Origin: Balanoglossus misakiensis
Taxonomy: Eukaryota; Animalia; Hemichordata
Length of the DNA stretch: 64,000 nt
Assembly (NCBI GenBank): GCA_040954595.2
Contig: CM082585.2
Location: 2,324,902 to 2,388,901 of the forward strand
Direction of reading: 5' to 3'
The notes under the pieces are model-generated. The model was not told the DNA's origin and ran no database searches. It worked only from the letters and a program-made list of their open reading frames with translations. The position numbers and the translations under genes are program-made. Each line of letters begins with the position of its first letter. Positions within the stretch are counted from its first letter, which is position 1. Shown piece by piece: positions 61,001-64,000 of the stretch.

Positions 61001-64000
61001 TGAGGCGCAGAGCACGTAATAGGCCTATGCGCATAAGAAAGTTTTCCACCAGACTCCGTAGATCGACGGATAGTTGTAAAACTTCCATGGTTGTTTCCAA
61101 ACACAGCCTCGTTCATTTACAAAATTCTGTTGTTATGCGCTGAACACATACATATGCCTATGCGCATAAGAAAGTTTCCACTAGACTCTGTAGATCGACG
61201 GATAGTTCTAAAATTTCCATGATTGCTTCCAAACACATCCTCGATTATTTACAAAATTCTGTTGTGATGCGCAGAACACATAGATAGGCCTATGCGCATA
61301 TGAACGTTTTCCACTATACACTGTAGATCGAGAGATAGTTCTAAAACTTCCATGTTTGCTTCCAAACAGCCTCGTTTATTTGCGGAATTCTGTTTTGAGG
61401 CGCAGAACACATAGATAGGCATATGTGAATAAGAAAGTTTTCCACTATAGACTCTGTAGATCGAGAGATAGTTGTAAAATTTCCATGGTTGCTTCCAAAC
61501 AGCCTCGTTTATTTACCGATTTCTGTTGTGAGGCGCAGAACACATAGATAGGCCTATGCGCATAAAAAACTTTTCAACTTTAGATCAACGGATAGTTCAA
61601 AAATTTCCATGGTTGTTTCCAAACAGCCTCGTTTATTTACCGAATTCTGTTGTGATGCGTAGAACACATACATATGCCTATGCGCATAAGAAAGTTTTCC
61701 ACTAGACTCCGTAGATCGACGAATAGTTCTAAAATGTCCATGGTTGCTTCCAAACAAAGCCTGGTTTGTTTACAAAATTCTGTTGTGATGCGCAGAACAC
61801 ATAGATAGGCCTATGCGCATATGAACGTTTTCCACTATACTCTGTAGATCGAGAGTTAGTTCTAAAATTTCCATGTTTGCTTCCAAACAGCCTCGTTTAT
61901 TTACGGAATTCTGTTTTGAGGCGCAGAACACATAGATAGGCATATGTGCATAAGAAAATTTTCCACTATAGACTCTGTACATCGAGAGATAGTTCTAAAA
62001 TTTCCATGGTTGCTTCCAAACACAGCCTCGTTTGTTTACAAAATTCTGTTGTGATGCGCAGAACACATATATAGGCCTATGCGCATAAGAACGTTTTCCA
62101 CTAGACTCTGTAGATCGACGGATAGTTCTAAAATTTCCATGGTTGCTTCCAGACAGCCTCGTTTATTTACCAAATTCTGTTGTGAGGCACAGAACACATA
62201 GATAGGCCTATGTGCATAAGAAAGTTTTCCACTATAGACTCTGTAGATCGAGAGATAGTTCTAAAATGTCCATGGTTGCTTTCAAACACAGCCTCGTTTG
62301 TTTACAAAATTCTTTTGTGATGCGCAGAACACATATATAGGCCTATGCGCATAAGAACGTTTTCCACTAGACTCTGTAGATCGACGGATAGTTGTAAAAT
62401 TTCCATGGTTGCTTCCAAACAGCCTCGTTTATTTACCGAATTCTGTTGTGAGGCACACAACACATAGATAGGCCTATGTGCATAAGAAAGTTTTCCACTA
62501 TAGACTCTGTAGATCGAGAGATAGTTCTAAAATGTCCATGGTTGCTTCCAAACACAGCCTCGTTTGTTTACAAAATTCTGTTGTGATGCGCAGAACACAT
62601 ATATAGGCCTATGCGCATAATAACGTTTTCCACTAGACTCTGTAGATCGACGGATAGTTGTAAAATTTCCATGGTTGCTTCCAAACAGCCTCGTTTATTT
62701 ACCGAATTCTGTTGTGAGGCGCAGAACACATAGATAGGCATATGTGCATAAGAAAGTTTTCCACTATAGACTCTGTAGATCGAGAGATAGTTCTAAAATG
62801 TCCATGGTTGCTACCAAACACAGCCTCGTTTGTTTACAAAATTCTGTTGTGATGCGCAGAACACATATATAGGCCTATGCGCATAAGAACGTTTCCACTA
62901 GACTCTGTAGATCGACGGATAGCTATACAATTTCCATGGTTGCTTCCAAACAGCCTCGTTTATTTACCGATTTCTGTTGTGAGGCGCAGAACACATGATA
63001 GGCCTATGCGCATGAGACATTTTTCCACTAGACTCTGTAGATCGACGGATAGTTGTAAAATTTCATGGTTGCTTCCAAACACAGCCTCGTTTGTTTACAA
63101 AATTCTGTTGTGATGCGCAGAACACATATATAGGCCTATGCGCATAATAACGTTTTCCACTAGACTCTGTAGATCGACGGATAGTTGTAAAATTTCCATG
63201 GTTGCTTCCAAACAGCCTCGTTTATTTACCGAATTCTGTTGTGAGGCGCAGAACACATAGATAGGCATATGTGCATCAGAAAGTTTTCCACTATAGACTC
63301 TGTAGATCGAGAGATAGTTCTAAAATGTCCATGGTTGCTACCAAACACAGCCTCGTTTGTTTACAAAATTCTGTTGTGATGCGCAGAACACATATATAGG
63401 CCTATGCGCATAAGAACGTTTCCACTAGACTCTGTAGATCGACGGATAGTTGTACAATTTCCATGGTTGCTTCCAAACAGCCTCGTTTATTTACCGATTT
63501 CTGTTGTGAGGCGCAGAACACATGATAGGCCTATGCGCATAAGAAAGTTTTCCACCAGACTCCGTAGATCGACGGATAGTTGTAAAATTTCCATGGTTGT
63601 TTCCAAACACAGCCTCGTTCATTTACAAAATTCTGTTGTTATGCGCTGAACACATACATATGCCTATGCGCATAAGAAAGTTTCCACTAGACTCTGTAGA
63701 TCGACGGATAGTTCTAAAATTTCCATGATTGCTTCCAAACACATCCTCGATTATTTACAAAATTCTGTTGTGATGCGCAGAACACATAGATAGGCCTATG
63801 CGCATATGAACGTTTTCCACTATACACTGTAGATCGAGAGATAGTTCTAAAACTTCCATGTTTGCTTCCAAACAGCCTCGTTTATTTGCGGAATTCTGTT
63901 TTGAGGCGCAGAACACATAGATAGGCATATGTGAATAAGAAAGTTTTCCACTATAGACTCTGTAGATCGAGAGATAGTTGTAAAATTTCCATGGTTGCTT

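Larger units (their letters stand above)
19564..64000. repeat. Tandem satellite array, ~131-bp monomer (right of retrotransposon; runs off window end)
   Basis: Same monomer and orientation, resuming in register right after the poly(A) tail. No unique sequence seen to the window end. Confidence 0.98.

Noticed and set aside
1042-63649. Over a hundred short 60-100 aa ORFs (MLPNSLVY..., MRIRTFPL..., MFGSNHG...)
   Set aside because: Chance translations of the satellite. Monomer length varies by non-triplet indels, stops are frequent, and no protein motif is recognisable.
1-64000. CRISPR array or other repeat-spacer system
   Set aside because: No unique spacers (whole monomers repeat) and no cas genes. 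The RT is a eukaryotic APE-type LINE ORF2, not a retron, DGR or group II intron RT.

Overview
Eukaryotic (probably animal) satellite DNA, not a prokaryotic locus. About 59.7 kb of the window is one head-to-tail array of a ~131-bp monomer (124-133 bp variants, roughly 450 copies). The monomers form a 265-266-bp A/B dimer and locally amplified higher-order repeats (HORs) with periods of about 1.6-7.5 kb. The array is interrupted once, at 15331-19563, by a 5'-truncated Tx1/L1-group non-LTR retrotransposon on the + strand. It carries the 3' part of ORF1 and an ORF2 (APE endonuclease, reverse transcriptase, CCHC) broken only by one extra T in a T7 run. It ends in a short 3' UTR, AATAAA and poly(A), and has a perfect 14-15-bp target-site duplication in a minority monomer variant. 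All other short ORFs are artefacts of the satellite or of alternative frames. The most interesting leads are (i) a young Tx1-like element that may target this satellite, (ii) satellite variants that repair or co-vary within short inverted repeats, and (iii) a layered HOR architecture with a 45-kb long-range block repeat. Host species and centromeric function cannot be determined from sequence alone.
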